Virus record (IMG/VR): IMGVR_UViG_3300045988_180636
Length of the DNA: 33,769 nt
Source of the DNA: a virus
Reading direction: 5' to 3' (one strand)
The position numbers and the translations under genes are program-made. Positions 8,902 to 16,646 of this stretch are shown here, one piece after another. Numbering within the stretch: the stretch's first letter is position 1; every line of letters starts with the position of its first letter. The notes beneath the pieces are model-generated. The model ran no database searches. It saw only the letters and a program-made list of their open reading frames with translations, and was not told where the DNA came from.

Positions 8902-9390
8902 ATGGCAAAAACAAATAGAAAGCCTAATGGTAGTAGTGTCTCTTCGGAGACTTCTATATACCAGACTTTAAAAGGAATGATAAATACTGACACTAAGGTT
9001 TACTATGTGATGTGGAAGTTTTGTCCTGAATATCTGAAGGATAATGAAGCTGATCCGATATTGACATTTGAGGATTTGAAAAGCCGTTATGCAGTATTCA
9101 GTGATAAGATCACAGAGAAAACTTGTGAGAAGTATATGTTGGAGCAAGGTGTACAGGACGCTATCAAGTGGTTACTGAAACGCTTGCACCAGAAGAAACA
9201 AATTGAATTATATAATGCTTATTATCAGAAAGCGTTGTCAGGAGACGTACAGGCTTTCAAAGCATTTGAAGATTTTAGTGAGAAGTTCTTTGCAGCGAAT
9301 AAAGAAAACGGTCTTGTAAGTTTATTGAATAATGTATCTGAAGATGATTTAGAAGATAGTGAGGACTATTCCTATACCTATAAAGAGTGA
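8902..9390 (+). CDS. Putative small terminase subunit
   Basis: 162 aa, lying upstream of the large terminase. Basic N-terminus and a helical C-terminal region (YNAYYQKALSGDVQAFKAFEDF), as in Firmicutes-phage TerS proteins. The call rests on position and composition only. Confidence 0.4.
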   Translation: MAKTNRKPNGSSVSSETSIYQTLKGMINTDTKVYYVMWKFCPEYLKDNEADPILTFEDLKSRYAVFSDKITEKTCEKYMLEQGVQDAIKWLLKRLHQKKQIELYNAYYQKALSGDVQAFKAFEDFSEKFFAANKENGLVSLLNNVSEDDLEDSEDYSYTYKE

Positions 9391-9553
9391 TACAAGTAAA
9401 CCATTATACGAATATTTATATACCAAACATAAAAAATTCGGATTCACAGAAAAACAAGACTTGGAAATATTAAAAAAATTATATCCTGACGCACGGAATA
9501 TCAAAGTGATATACAGTGTCAGGGGAGAATCACATTTTGTAATAACAAATTGA
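9359..9553 (+). CDS. Hypothetical small protein (GTG start, overlaps the 8902..9390 end)
   Basis: 64-aa ORF with protein-like sequence and no clear RBS. Confidence 0.3.
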   Translation: MRTIPIPIKSDTSKPLYEYLYTKHKKFGFTEKQDLEILKKLYPDARNIKVIYSVRGESHFVITN

Positions 9554-9593
9554 GGTTGTATGAGTAAAATCATGCAGCCTTTTTTATTTTTTT
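9554..9593 (+). terminator. Strong intrinsic terminator just upstream of the large terminase gene
   Basis: 10-bp stem GGTTGTATGA / TCATGCAGCC (two G-U pairs) followed by TTTTTTATTTTTTT. Confidence 0.7.
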
Positions 9594-9607
9594 GAAAGGG
9601 GCAAAGC

Positions 9608-11170
9608 ATGACAAGAGAAGATAAGTTAAGAAAGATTGTCGCTGATCCTGTCCTGTGGTGTCGCTATTTTTGTAACATTGTAGATAAGACAGGTAAGAAA
9701 GTAAGATTTGAGCCGACCTACCACCAGAAGGTACTTGCTAAGAACTTCGGCAAATTTAATATCGTGGCTAAGTCAAGACAGCTTGGTATAACTTCATGGG
9801 CGATAGCGTACTCACTTTATCTTACCCACACACAACCAGATACCGTATGTATGTTAATGTCCTATTCACTGGACACGGTAGACATTGTATTTAAGAAATT
9901 GAAAGCTATGTATGATGATCTTGATCCGTCTGTCAAATTAGCTGATGTGGCGAACAACAGGAAAGAACTCATACTTGAAAATAGAAGTCGTATCGTTTGT
10001 TGTGTATGCGGTACAAAGGACGCTGCCAGAGGTTCAACCTTGCGGTACGTTCATTTAACAGAAGTAGCCTTCATGGATGATACTAAGCTGAAGAATCAGT
10101 TAGTTGCTATCGAAGCTGCATTGCGTCCTGATGGACAGATCGTACTTGAATCAACCTCAAATGGAATGAATTACTGGTTTGAGTTGTGGCAAAAGGCGGT
10201 TCATGGAGAGAGCCAGTATATACCTTTTTTCTTTTCATGGCTAGACGATAAGAGACAGTTCATTCAAGAATACGAACAGAATACAGAAATCTATTTCAAT
10301 CGACACGGTAAGTATCTGGAAGTGGAAGAGTTGGACGAAGAAGAATTATCCCTGTACTACAAAATGGGTGCAGAGAAAAACCCACTTGCTATGAAGAAAC
10401 TTATGTGGCGAAGAATGAAGATAGCAAATATCGGACTTGACAAATTTAGACAGGAATATCCAACAACGGCTACAGAATCATTCCTTGTATCAGGAAACAA
10501 TGTCTTTGATTTAGAGAAGATTCAAGCCAGAATGAACGGTCTTTATGATACAAAGCCACTATCACAGGTTGGAATGAAGTTACCGCCACTTATGAGAAAG
10601 TGGAGAAAAGATTGGTCTATGTGGAGACAACCGAAGCCGAACGAAAGATTTTACGGTGGAGTGGACACAGGAGAGGGAATTTCTTCAGATAACAGTGTCA
10701 TTCAGATTGTAGATAAGAACGGCATACAGTGCTTTGAATTTGCGTCCAACAAGATAAAGCCGTATGAATTTGCGGACTTGGTGCGTGAAGTCGGAGACTA
10801 TTACAATACCGCTTTATTGGTAGTAGAGAAGTTATCCGCAGGACACACGGTTGTAGATAAGCTATACGATAGCGGACATAGATACTTGCGTCTGTACAAA
10901 TATAAAGAGTATGACGCTAAAGGTAAGGCAAGGAAAAAGCCTGGATTCCAGACTTCATTAAAGAGCCGACCTATTATCATAAACCGATTTGTAGAAATGT
11001 TTGAAACTGGACAGATATTATTGAACAGTAAAGCACTATTAGATGAAATGAAATCATTCCAATTAGACGATAACGGAAAGCAACAGGCGGTACAGGGTGC
11101 AAAGGATGATAGGGTTATGGCTTTTGCTATGGCATTGGAAGGACTTGTCAACGGTGTGTGGTACATATAA
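9608..11170 (+). CDS. terL: Terminase large subunit
   Basis: 520 aa. Walker-A-like VAKSRQLGITSW, then an acidic Walker-B region. C-terminal RNaseH-like nuclease signatures (YGGVDTGEG..., GAKDDRVMAFAMA). Located next to the portal gene. Confidence 0.8.
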   Translation: MTREDKLRKIVADPVLWCRYFCNIVDKTGKKVRFEPTYHQKVLAKNFGKFNIVAKSRQLGITSWAIAYSLYLTHTQPDTVCMLMSYSLDTVDIVFKKLKAMYDDLDPSVKLADVANNRKELILENRSRIVCCVCGTKDAARGSTLRYVHLTEVAFMDDTKLKNQLVAIEAALRPDGQIVLESTSNGMNYWFELWQKAVHGESQYIPFFFSWLDDKRQFIQEYEQNTEIYFNRHGKYLEVEELDEEELSLYYKMGAEKNPLAMKKLMWRRMKIANIGLDKFRQEYPTTATESFLVSGNNVFDLEKIQARMNGLYDTKPLSQVGMKLPPLMRKWRKDWSMWRQPKPNERFYGGVDTGEGISSDNSVIQIVDKNGIQCFEFASNKIKPYEFADLVREVGDYYNTALLVVEKLSAGHTVVDKLYDSGHRYLRLYKYKEYDAKGKARKKPGFQTSLKSRPIIINRFVEMFETGQILLNSKALLDEMKSFQLDDNGKQQAVQGAKDDRVMAFAMALEGLVNGVWYI

Positions 11171-11209
11171 TGAACACTATTAAATAAACAGGATATGAAA
11201 GGAACTCAC

Positions 11210-11458
11210 ATGGAGTATGCAGAGTATAAAAAGATACTTGATAAAGGCTTGATTGATTATGTGAATAGTGGCGGTAGCACCTTTTATATGGGAAGTGCTA
11301 CGAAAGAGTATGTGTTTTCCTATGAGAATGAGCAAGACGCTGCCGACCACAAGAAACATTTATCTGATAAAGCCGTACAAGCTATCTTGAAAAAAGAGAC
11401 ATTACCGAAAGGTATTAGATTAGAAAAGTGCATATTGCACGGAAAGGATTGTAAATGA
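11210..11458 (+). CDS. Hypothetical small protein between terminase and portal
   Basis: ATG 11210 with RBS GAAAGGAA (alternative ATG at 11195). Its stop overlaps the portal ATG (ATGA). Confidence 0.5.
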   Translation: MEYAEYKKILDKGLIDYVNSGGSTFYMGSATKEYVFSYENEQDAADHKKHLSDKAVQAILKKETLPKGIRLEKCILHGKDCK

Positions 11459-12876
11459 AAAATCCTATAGAAGCGATTAAGAATTTTTTCGGAAAGGGAA
11501 CAAGCATGAATACAGAAAAAACGAACTGGTTCAAGGATGAAATCGGCAAGACACGATATAAGGATCGTATCAGTAGAGTAACCGATATTGACGATTATTT
11601 ACGAAGAGAACATAAAGTTTTACAGATTCCATCGTTTGAATTTAAGGAACACACATTTGAGCCTACAAGATTGGTATTGCAGACGCTTAAATCTATTATC
11701 AAATTTCATTCAAGCTATGTGTGTGGTAGTCCTGTAAGTATTACAGGCGATAAGGAATTTGTATCTTTATTGAACAACATTTATAAGAAAGGTGGGTACA
11801 CGAAAACCGACCTTGAAATTGCAAAAGACCTGATTACATATGGAGATACATTCGAGTATGTATATCTGGACGAAAATAATAATATCAGGTCAAAGATTAT
11901 CCGTAACAAGGATTCATACCCATTGTATGATTCTTTCGGAAACTACACCCACTTTGTAGAGTATTGGAAGGATGAAGATACAAGAAAAGATCATTACATT
12001 GTATATTATCCTGATAAGGTAGAAATCTATGAGGGCAGTAAGTTAGTAGATACAAAAGTAAATCTTACTGGTTTACCTATCTGGTACAGTGCTATGGATA
12101 AATCAAAATATGATAAGTTCGGTGATCCATTCCCATTAGATTTAATTGGTATCATGGACACAATCGAAGCATTGTTATCAAAACTTGATACAGCCGTTAC
12201 AACACTGTCATTATCCCCTCTTGGTGTAGTGTCAGGTCAGAGAATGGATTCGGCTATTCCTACTAATATTGTGGGTACTGTAATGAATCTGGAAGATGGA
12301 GCAACCTTTAACTGGGCGAACGCTCAAATGGACAGAGAGAGTATTAAACTGGAATTAGATTATGTAATTCAACAGTTTTATGCAATCGCCTGTGTTCCAG
12401 CTTCGATTATGGGGCAGTCGAATGTAGCCAATGTGTCAGAGACTTCTATTACAATGCTTTACCAACAGTGTGATAACTTTGCACGTCAGTATATCGCAAG
12501 CATGAAAGAAGGATTTGAACAGAGACTTGCATATATTAGAAAGCTGATGGAGTACAATCATCAAACTGTATCTGATGAAGTATTCGACAGTATCAACTTC
12601 TCATTCAATGTGGCAAGACCTGTAGATAATGCAGCCGATATGGAAAATATGCAGATTCAGTATAATTGCGGTGCTATCAGTAAACAGACTATCATTGACA
12701 GAAGCCCATATACAACAGATACGGCACTGGAATTAAAGCGTATTGAAGATGAGGCGAACGGTACAACCGATAATCCGACAGAAGTACCAACAGATAATCC
12801 GACAGAGGATGATCCACAGGAAGTTGTGACAAGTACCAAAACTGAAGAAACTGTTTTAGATGATAAGGTTGATTAG
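11455..12876 (+). CDS. Portal protein (SPP1 gp6-like size and organisation)
   Basis: 473 aa immediately after the terminase. Acidic, T/P-rich C-terminal tail. General similarity to Firmicutes siphophage and podophage portals, judged by eye. Confidence 0.7.
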   Translation: MKNPIEAIKNFFGKGTSMNTEKTNWFKDEIGKTRYKDRISRVTDIDDYLRREHKVLQIPSFEFKEHTFEPTRLVLQTLKSIIKFHSSYVCGSPVSITGDKEFVSLLNNIYKKGGYTKTDLEIAKDLITYGDTFEYVYLDENNNIRSKIIRNKDSYPLYDSFGNYTHFVEYWKDEDTRKDHYIVYYPDKVEIYEGSKLVDTKVNLTGLPIWYSAMDKSKYDKFGDPFPLDLIGIMDTIEALLSKLDTAVTTLSLSPLGVVSGQRMDSAIPTNIVGTVMNLEDGATFNWANAQMDRESIKLELDYVIQQFYAIACVPASIMGQSNVANVSETSITMLYQQCDNFARQYIASMKEGFEQRLAYIRKLMEYNHQTVSDEVFDSINFSFNVARPVDNAADMENMQIQYNCGAISKQTIIDRSPYTTDTALELKRIEDEANGTTDNPTEVPTDNPTEDDPQEVVTSTKTEETVLDDKVD

Positions 12877-12902
12877 TCCTTATCTTTTTTTATTTATGGG
12901 GT

Positions 12903-12924
12903 AGGTTCAAATGAACCTAGCAAA
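12903..12924. repeat. Palindromic 22-nt element AGGTTCAAATGAACCTAGCAAA (copy 1 of 2)
   Basis: 7-bp inverted repeat AGGTTCA/TGAACCT. 19 of 22 nt are identical to 14342-14363. It is embedded in a GGGGTA...TACCCC outer stem (12898-12903 / 12968-12973). Confidence 0.6.
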
Positions 12925-13018
12925 AGGAAAAACTTTTTACTTTTGCATAGGATAGGTTTAAAAAACTTACCCCTAAAGATATATGAAAAAATTATAAATG
13001 AAAGTGAGGTCAGAGATT

Positions 13019-13408
13019 ATGTACCCTGAATATAAGTTAATACAGATTGTTGAATTGCCAGAGAACGGCAAAAATAAATATGCGATTCAGTATATCGCAC
13101 ACATGGAATACTTCGATTTTGATTTTAGATCGAAGAACAGTATCAAGAAATTTCTTTCTGAAGGTGGCTATAAGAGTGGAGAGTATCTTGTTATCGTAGA
13201 CAATGAAGAGTACGGAGACAGATATATTACTGTTGCAGTATGCGTCTATAGAGACAAGGAACAGGGAAACTTTTTAGATTTTAAATTAGCGGGTAAAGAA
13301 TGGAAGAATCTTGTAAAAGAGGTTGTAGAGCAACCGCCTGTAATTGATGTGAAATTAGATATACAGACCATGCACAAAGTCAGTGTGCCGAAGGTTATTC
13401 CAGAATAA
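13019..13408 (+). CDS. Hypothetical protein
   Basis: ATG 13019 with RBS AAGTGAGGT. 129 aa. Confidence 0.55.
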   Translation: MYPEYKLIQIVELPENGKNKYAIQYIAHMEYFDFDFRSKNSIKKFLSEGGYKSGEYLVIVDNEEYGDRYITVAVCVYRDKEQGNFLDFKLAGKEWKNLVKEVVEQPPVIDVKLDIQTMHKVSVPKVIPE

Positions 13409-13414
13409 TATATA

Positions 13415-13450
13415 CAGGTGGGGTGTGTAAGATACCCTACCTGATTTTTG
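13415..13450 (+). terminator. Rho-independent terminator closing the head/packaging block
   Basis: 10-bp stem CAGGTGGGGT / ACCCTACCTG followed by ATTTTTG. Confidence 0.7.
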
Positions 13451-13592
13451 TATTTAGATACAGTTGCATTATGCAGAATCTTTTTTGATGGCTTTTCTTA
13501 CTGTTTTGTTCGCCACTTCCTTTCTTCAAGCTGCATAGTGTGACTATATGTAAATACAAAAGGGATGTACCTTGCGATACACCCCATAGCAC

Positions 13593-13621
13593 TTGACTTT
13601 TGAATGTCAAGGCTTTATAAT
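13593..13621 (+). promoter_or_regulatory. Sigma-A consensus-type promoter (TTGACT-17-TATAAT)
   Basis: TTGACT at 13593-13598, exact 17-nt spacer, TATAAT at 13616-13621. An inverted repeat CTTGAC/GTCAAG overlaps the spacer. Confidence 0.65.
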
Positions 13622-13627
13622 CAAGTT

Positions 13628-13750
13628 AGAAGCAATCAAGGATATTTGCGGTGTCTAATGGTTGCAATTCGGAAACTAAATAAAATGTTTCGTGGTTACA
13701 AGTAAGGCAACGGCTATCCCCTATTTGCGGTAGGGAATAGCCTTTTTACT
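13628..13750 (+). ncRNA. Candidate roughly 120-nt antisense sRNA (type I antitoxin-like), from promoter 13593-13621 to hairpin 13712-13742 plus T5
   Basis: No ORF. It ends in the stem GGCTATCCCCTA / TAGGGAATAGCC followed by TTTTT. It converges on, and overlaps, the 3' end of the minus-strand peptide gene 13750..13839. Confidence 0.4.
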
Positions 13751-13839
13751 TACTTTTTATGGTGGTTGTTGTGGTTATCTATGTATGTTAAGGCTGCAAA
13801 TACAACCAAAAGTAATGTTAATACTTCCATAGTATTCAT
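13750..13839 (-). CDS. 29-aa hydrophobic peptide, candidate type I toxin
   Basis: Translation is MNTMEVLTLLLVVFAALTYIDNHNNHHKK: one predicted TM helix plus a polar, basic tail. Strong RBS GGAAAGGGGGAAACT directly upstream. Extended -10 promoter at 13913-13921 on the - strand. Confidence 0.5.
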   Translation of the reverse strand: MNTMEVLTLLLVVFAALTYIDNHNNHHKK

Positions 13840-13912
13840 AGTTTCCCCCTTTCCGTTTCCGAAAAGGTTCAATCACCAGACTATCCCTATCACGTTCTAA
13901 CCTGATGAAAAG

Positions 13913-13941
13913 ATTATATCATATTCTGTCGATAAATGAAA
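13913..13941 (-). promoter_or_regulatory. Extended -10 promoter for the small peptide gene
   Basis: The minus strand reads TTTCAT-17-(TGA)TATAAT. Confidence 0.45.
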
Positions 13942-13982
13942 GAGTATCACTAAAATAATGATACCGTTATAACGATTATGTA

Positions 13983-14011
13983 TTGACAGATACAGAGTAT
14001 AGAGATATAAT
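13983..14011 (+). promoter_or_regulatory. Perfect sigma-A consensus promoter (TTGACA-17-TATAAT) reading into the repeat array
   Basis: TTGACA at 13983-13988, 17-nt spacer, TATAAT at 14006-14011. Confidence 0.7.
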
Positions 14012-14078
14012 CATAGTGAAGATAATAAAACAATCTTTCTATTGCATAGGGGATTGTCCAGAGTAACCGCAAGGTTAT

Positions 14079-15289
14079 TTATCCCCTATGCATATTATTG
14101 AACTACATTAAATGAAAACTGGACTTGATACAATTACTTTATGGGTGCGTCAGATTTGTCGCAGCCGTTTTTTTATTTTATCCCCTAAATGTATTCATAT
14201 ATACAATGAATTGAATATTGGACTTGCCCTGTATTGCGTTATTAAGATTGTGAATGTGGAATTATCCGCTTGATGATCCTGAAAACGGCATACAGGGCGA
14301 TTTTTATATGGGATATATTTTGAAATGATACCTTTTTTGTCAGGTTCATTTGAACCTTGCAAATTATCCCCTTTTTCAATTTGACAGAATATCGGCTTGA
14401 ATCGTGGCGGTGGTCACTGACAGTTACCTTGAATCAGGGTAGCCGTATGAGGATTCCCAAAATGGGAACGCACATATTGAGAAGCGTTTAGTATGCACTT
14501 CAGAAATTATCCCCTAAATGATATTGATAATCTTATAGCGAAAAAGTCCGCAGTGAGATTTTATCCCCATATATAGAAAGTGAGAATTGAAAAAATGATT
14601 GATGTAGAGAACGCATATAAAAAATTTGAGAATTTAATGGAGCAAGTAGACAGATCATGTAATATAAGTCTGGATGAAGAAGAGAGTTTATACCGACAGA
14701 TCGAAGATGATATTAAATGGAAGTTACAACAGGTTCATGCAGATAAAAATACATGGTAGGTCATAACCGACAATAGCGGTTTAGAATTTATCCCCTTATT
14801 TGATTCCGCAAAAGTGTGGAATGAAAATCAGCTTGATTCAGATTCCCATTATGGGAATACAATATATCTAAGTCGGCATAATGCCCTGTCAGGTCACACA
14901 GATAATGTGTACCCATGAGATACCGCCAAAAGTGGCGAAAAGATTTATCCCCATATCTGGTAAGTGGAAATCCACAAACGAAAGTCGGCTTGCGTTGTAC
15001 CACCGTGGACTAATAGCATTTTCAGGATTCTCAGAATGAGAAAGCTGAGAAATTTATCCCCATATCGTACAGAGCAAAAAGCCGAAAAGTTTTCCAGATG
15101 GGTTCATAACTCAATATTGAGTATAAATTACACTGTAGAGTGTCACAAAATGCAAAAGTGAGAAACGCTGCTATTGAGTATGTACAGGAATTATCCCCTT
15201 TTTGTAGGTGCGTGGAAGTCGGTTTATAAGTTGGATTTGCTATGGATTTAGGATGATGTGAAGGCTTGGAATGTGGCGATTTTATCCCC
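14079..15289 (+). repeat. Array of ten co-oriented TTATCCCC-core repeats in degenerate units 54-227 nt apart
   Basis: Exact TTATCCCC at 14079, 14178, 14364, 14507, 14561, 14788, 14945, 15054, 15191 and 15282. Extended consensus is about GC-N(2-6)-AGA-W-TTTATCCCC-W. A second box (T/A)(C/G)GRCTTG lies 24-40 nt downstream in most units. Three-nt-loop hairpins occur at 14454-14468, 14842-14858 and 15028-15042. Confidence 0.85.
14595..14759 (+). CDS. Possible 54-aa ORF inside one array unit
   Basis: Translation is MIDVENAYKKFENLMEQVDRSCNISLDEEESLYRQIEDDIKWKLQQVHADKNTW. Weak SD (AAGTGAG) about 10 nt upstream. It is the only plausible coding segment in the array. Confidence 0.3.
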   Translation: MIDVENAYKKFENLMEQVDRSCNISLDEEESLYRQIEDDIKWKLQQVHADKNTW

Positions 15290-15778
15290 TGTTTGCGTGT
15301 GGTGTGGGTGTAAATTAAAAATGACTTTTTGCTTGAATTTACCACTGGTTTTTATGGTGGGATGTGGTATAATTTTGGTGCGGAAAAGTGCGTAAAATGG
15401 TTGTAAATACCCCATAGGGGTATATGTTGGTAAACGTGTGTTTATTTTGGAAACGGATTTATGGTAATTGTTGGTAAATATTTTTAAAAAAAAATCGCCC
15501 TATATATAATACGCATTTTGGATTTTAATACAAAAATCCGACACGGACACACGCACACATATGTGCGAAAAAATAAGGTAAAAATCGCCTGAATACCAGG
15601 GAAAAAGCGGACGTATAGAGCCGAAAACCGCATATAATAAGGAAGTTTTTGAACCATTCCAGACGATAGCCAAAATCGAAGAAAAACAGGGGTATCAACC
15701 TAACTTTGTAGAATTTTTAACAAAATGAATAATATGCAGAATTTTTGAATAAATATACAAGAATATGCAAAAAGAAAA

Positions 15779-15808
15779 GCACCCACTTTTTACAGTGAGT
15801 GCCTTTTT
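15779..15808. terminator. Bidirectional terminator downstream of the recombinase gene
   Basis: Stem GCACCCACT / AGTGAGTGC, flanked by a T-run on both strands. Confidence 0.6.
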
Positions 15809-15822
15809 AATAGGTAGAAATG

Positions 15823-16521
15823 CTATTCGGCTGCGGTTTCCTGTTCTTCCTTCAGTTCACGTTTGTACTTATAGAATGTGTTTCGTGCAAGTCCTGTCAG
15901 CTTCATACAATCAGAATCTTTCAGAGTACCGCCAAAATCAACGGAATGTTTTAATATTTCCGCTTTTTTCTCTATACTCTTCTTTGTTGTGAGCGTCTTT
16001 CCTTTAATACCGCCTATCTGTTTACCGTTGAGCCTTGCCGTTTCAATGCCTTCTTTAGTTCTCTGGTGCAGATCGTCAACCTCTTTTTGAGCCTGTTCAA
16101 AAGCTAATTGTATTTGCTCTTTCGCAAGTGCAAGCAAAAATTTGTTTACACCTTCCAGAATATAATCAGCGTTAGTTCCTGTCATGGCTACACTTCCAGA
16201 AATCGCCTTTTTATAGGTATCTGTGTTTATATGTGGCTCTTTCAGAAATACAAGCGTTATACCTCTATTAAATAGTTCTTCATAGAGTGTATAACCTTCT
16301 TCAGCGTTTCTGGACATTCTGGAAACTGAATCAAATACAATAGTATCATTCGGCTTTATAGTCTTTATTATTTTGTCAAGTTCTTTCCTACCCTGAAATT
16401 TTGTACCTGTATATATTTCTTGCACTATATGAGCGTCAGGAAAAGCCGTTTTTATATTCCTGATCTGTCTTTCTATATTCTGCTTACTGGTACTTATTCG
16501 ACAATATCCGTAAATTGCCAT
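15823..16521 (-). CDS. Small serine recombinase (resolvase/invertase family)
   Basis: MAIYGYCRISTSKQ contains the catalytic-serine motif (Y.R.S). DSVSRMSRN follows. C-terminal HTH (LTGLARNTFYKYKRE). ATG 16521 with RBS AAAGGACGG; the listed upstream extension lacks an RBS. Confidence 0.8.
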   Translation of the reverse strand: MAIYGYCRISTSKQNIERQIRNIKTAFPDAHIVQEIYTGTKFQGRKELDKIIKTIKPNDTIVFDSVSRMSRNAEEGYTLYEELFNRGITLVFLKEPHINTDTYKKAISGSVAMTGTNADYILEGVNKFLLALAKEQIQLAFEQAQKEVDDLHQRTKEGIETARLNGKQIGGIKGKTLTTKKSIEKKAEILKHSVDFGGTLKDSDCMKLTGLARNTFYKYKRELKEEQETAAE

Positions 16522-16565
16522 ATATAACACCGTCCTTTCTGTCGCAATACTAACGACCGTTGAAA

Positions 16566-16646
16566 TTGATACTAAAATAATACCATCCGAACAACCGTTT
16601 GTCAATAACTTTTGATACTAAATGTTGATAGGTTCGTTTTGATACT
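16566..16646. repeat. Four TTGATA(C/G) repeats upstream of the recombinase gene (candidate res/operator subsites)
   Basis: TTGATACT at 16566, 16612 and 16639; TTGATAGG at 16625. Confidence 0.5.

Noticed and set aside
12895-12930. tRNA or tmRNA T-arm-like sequence GGTTCAAATGAACC, and tRNA genes generally in the non-coding regions
   Set aside because: The flanking bases do not form a 5-bp T-stem around a 7-nt loop, and no acceptor or anticodon arms can be drawn. No GGTTCGAATCC-type T-arm was seen anywhere in the window.
14079-15289. CRISPR array interpretation of the TTATCCCC repeats
   Set aside because: The conserved core is only about 10-20 nt. Spacing is irregular (54-227 nt). Units share additional internal boxes, and no cas gene is present.
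14079-15289. Cluster of DnaA boxes (TTATCCACA) acting as an origin or DnaA sink
   Set aside because: Every copy differs from the DnaA box at position 7 (C instead of A) and most also at position 9. No canonical TTATCCACA/TGTGGATAA is seen nearby. Conservation extends upstream of the 9-mer in a way DnaA boxes do not require. The idea is kept only as a remote alternative, and a DnaA EMSA would settle it.
14788-15345. Listed ORFs 14788..15003 (-), 14964..15161 (+) and 15031..15345 (-) inside the array
   Set aside because: They have no Shine-Dalgarno, they mutually overlap on opposite strands, and their composition is driven by the repeats (for example runs of H/P/S/K). They are not considered coding.
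15823-16605. Phage integrase with an attP site next to the recombinase
   Set aside because: The protein is a resolvase/invertase-sized serine recombinase of about 232 aa and lacks the large C-terminal domain of serine integrases. The listed N-terminal extension (16522-16605) has no RBS. Multimer resolution or inversion is more likely than integration.
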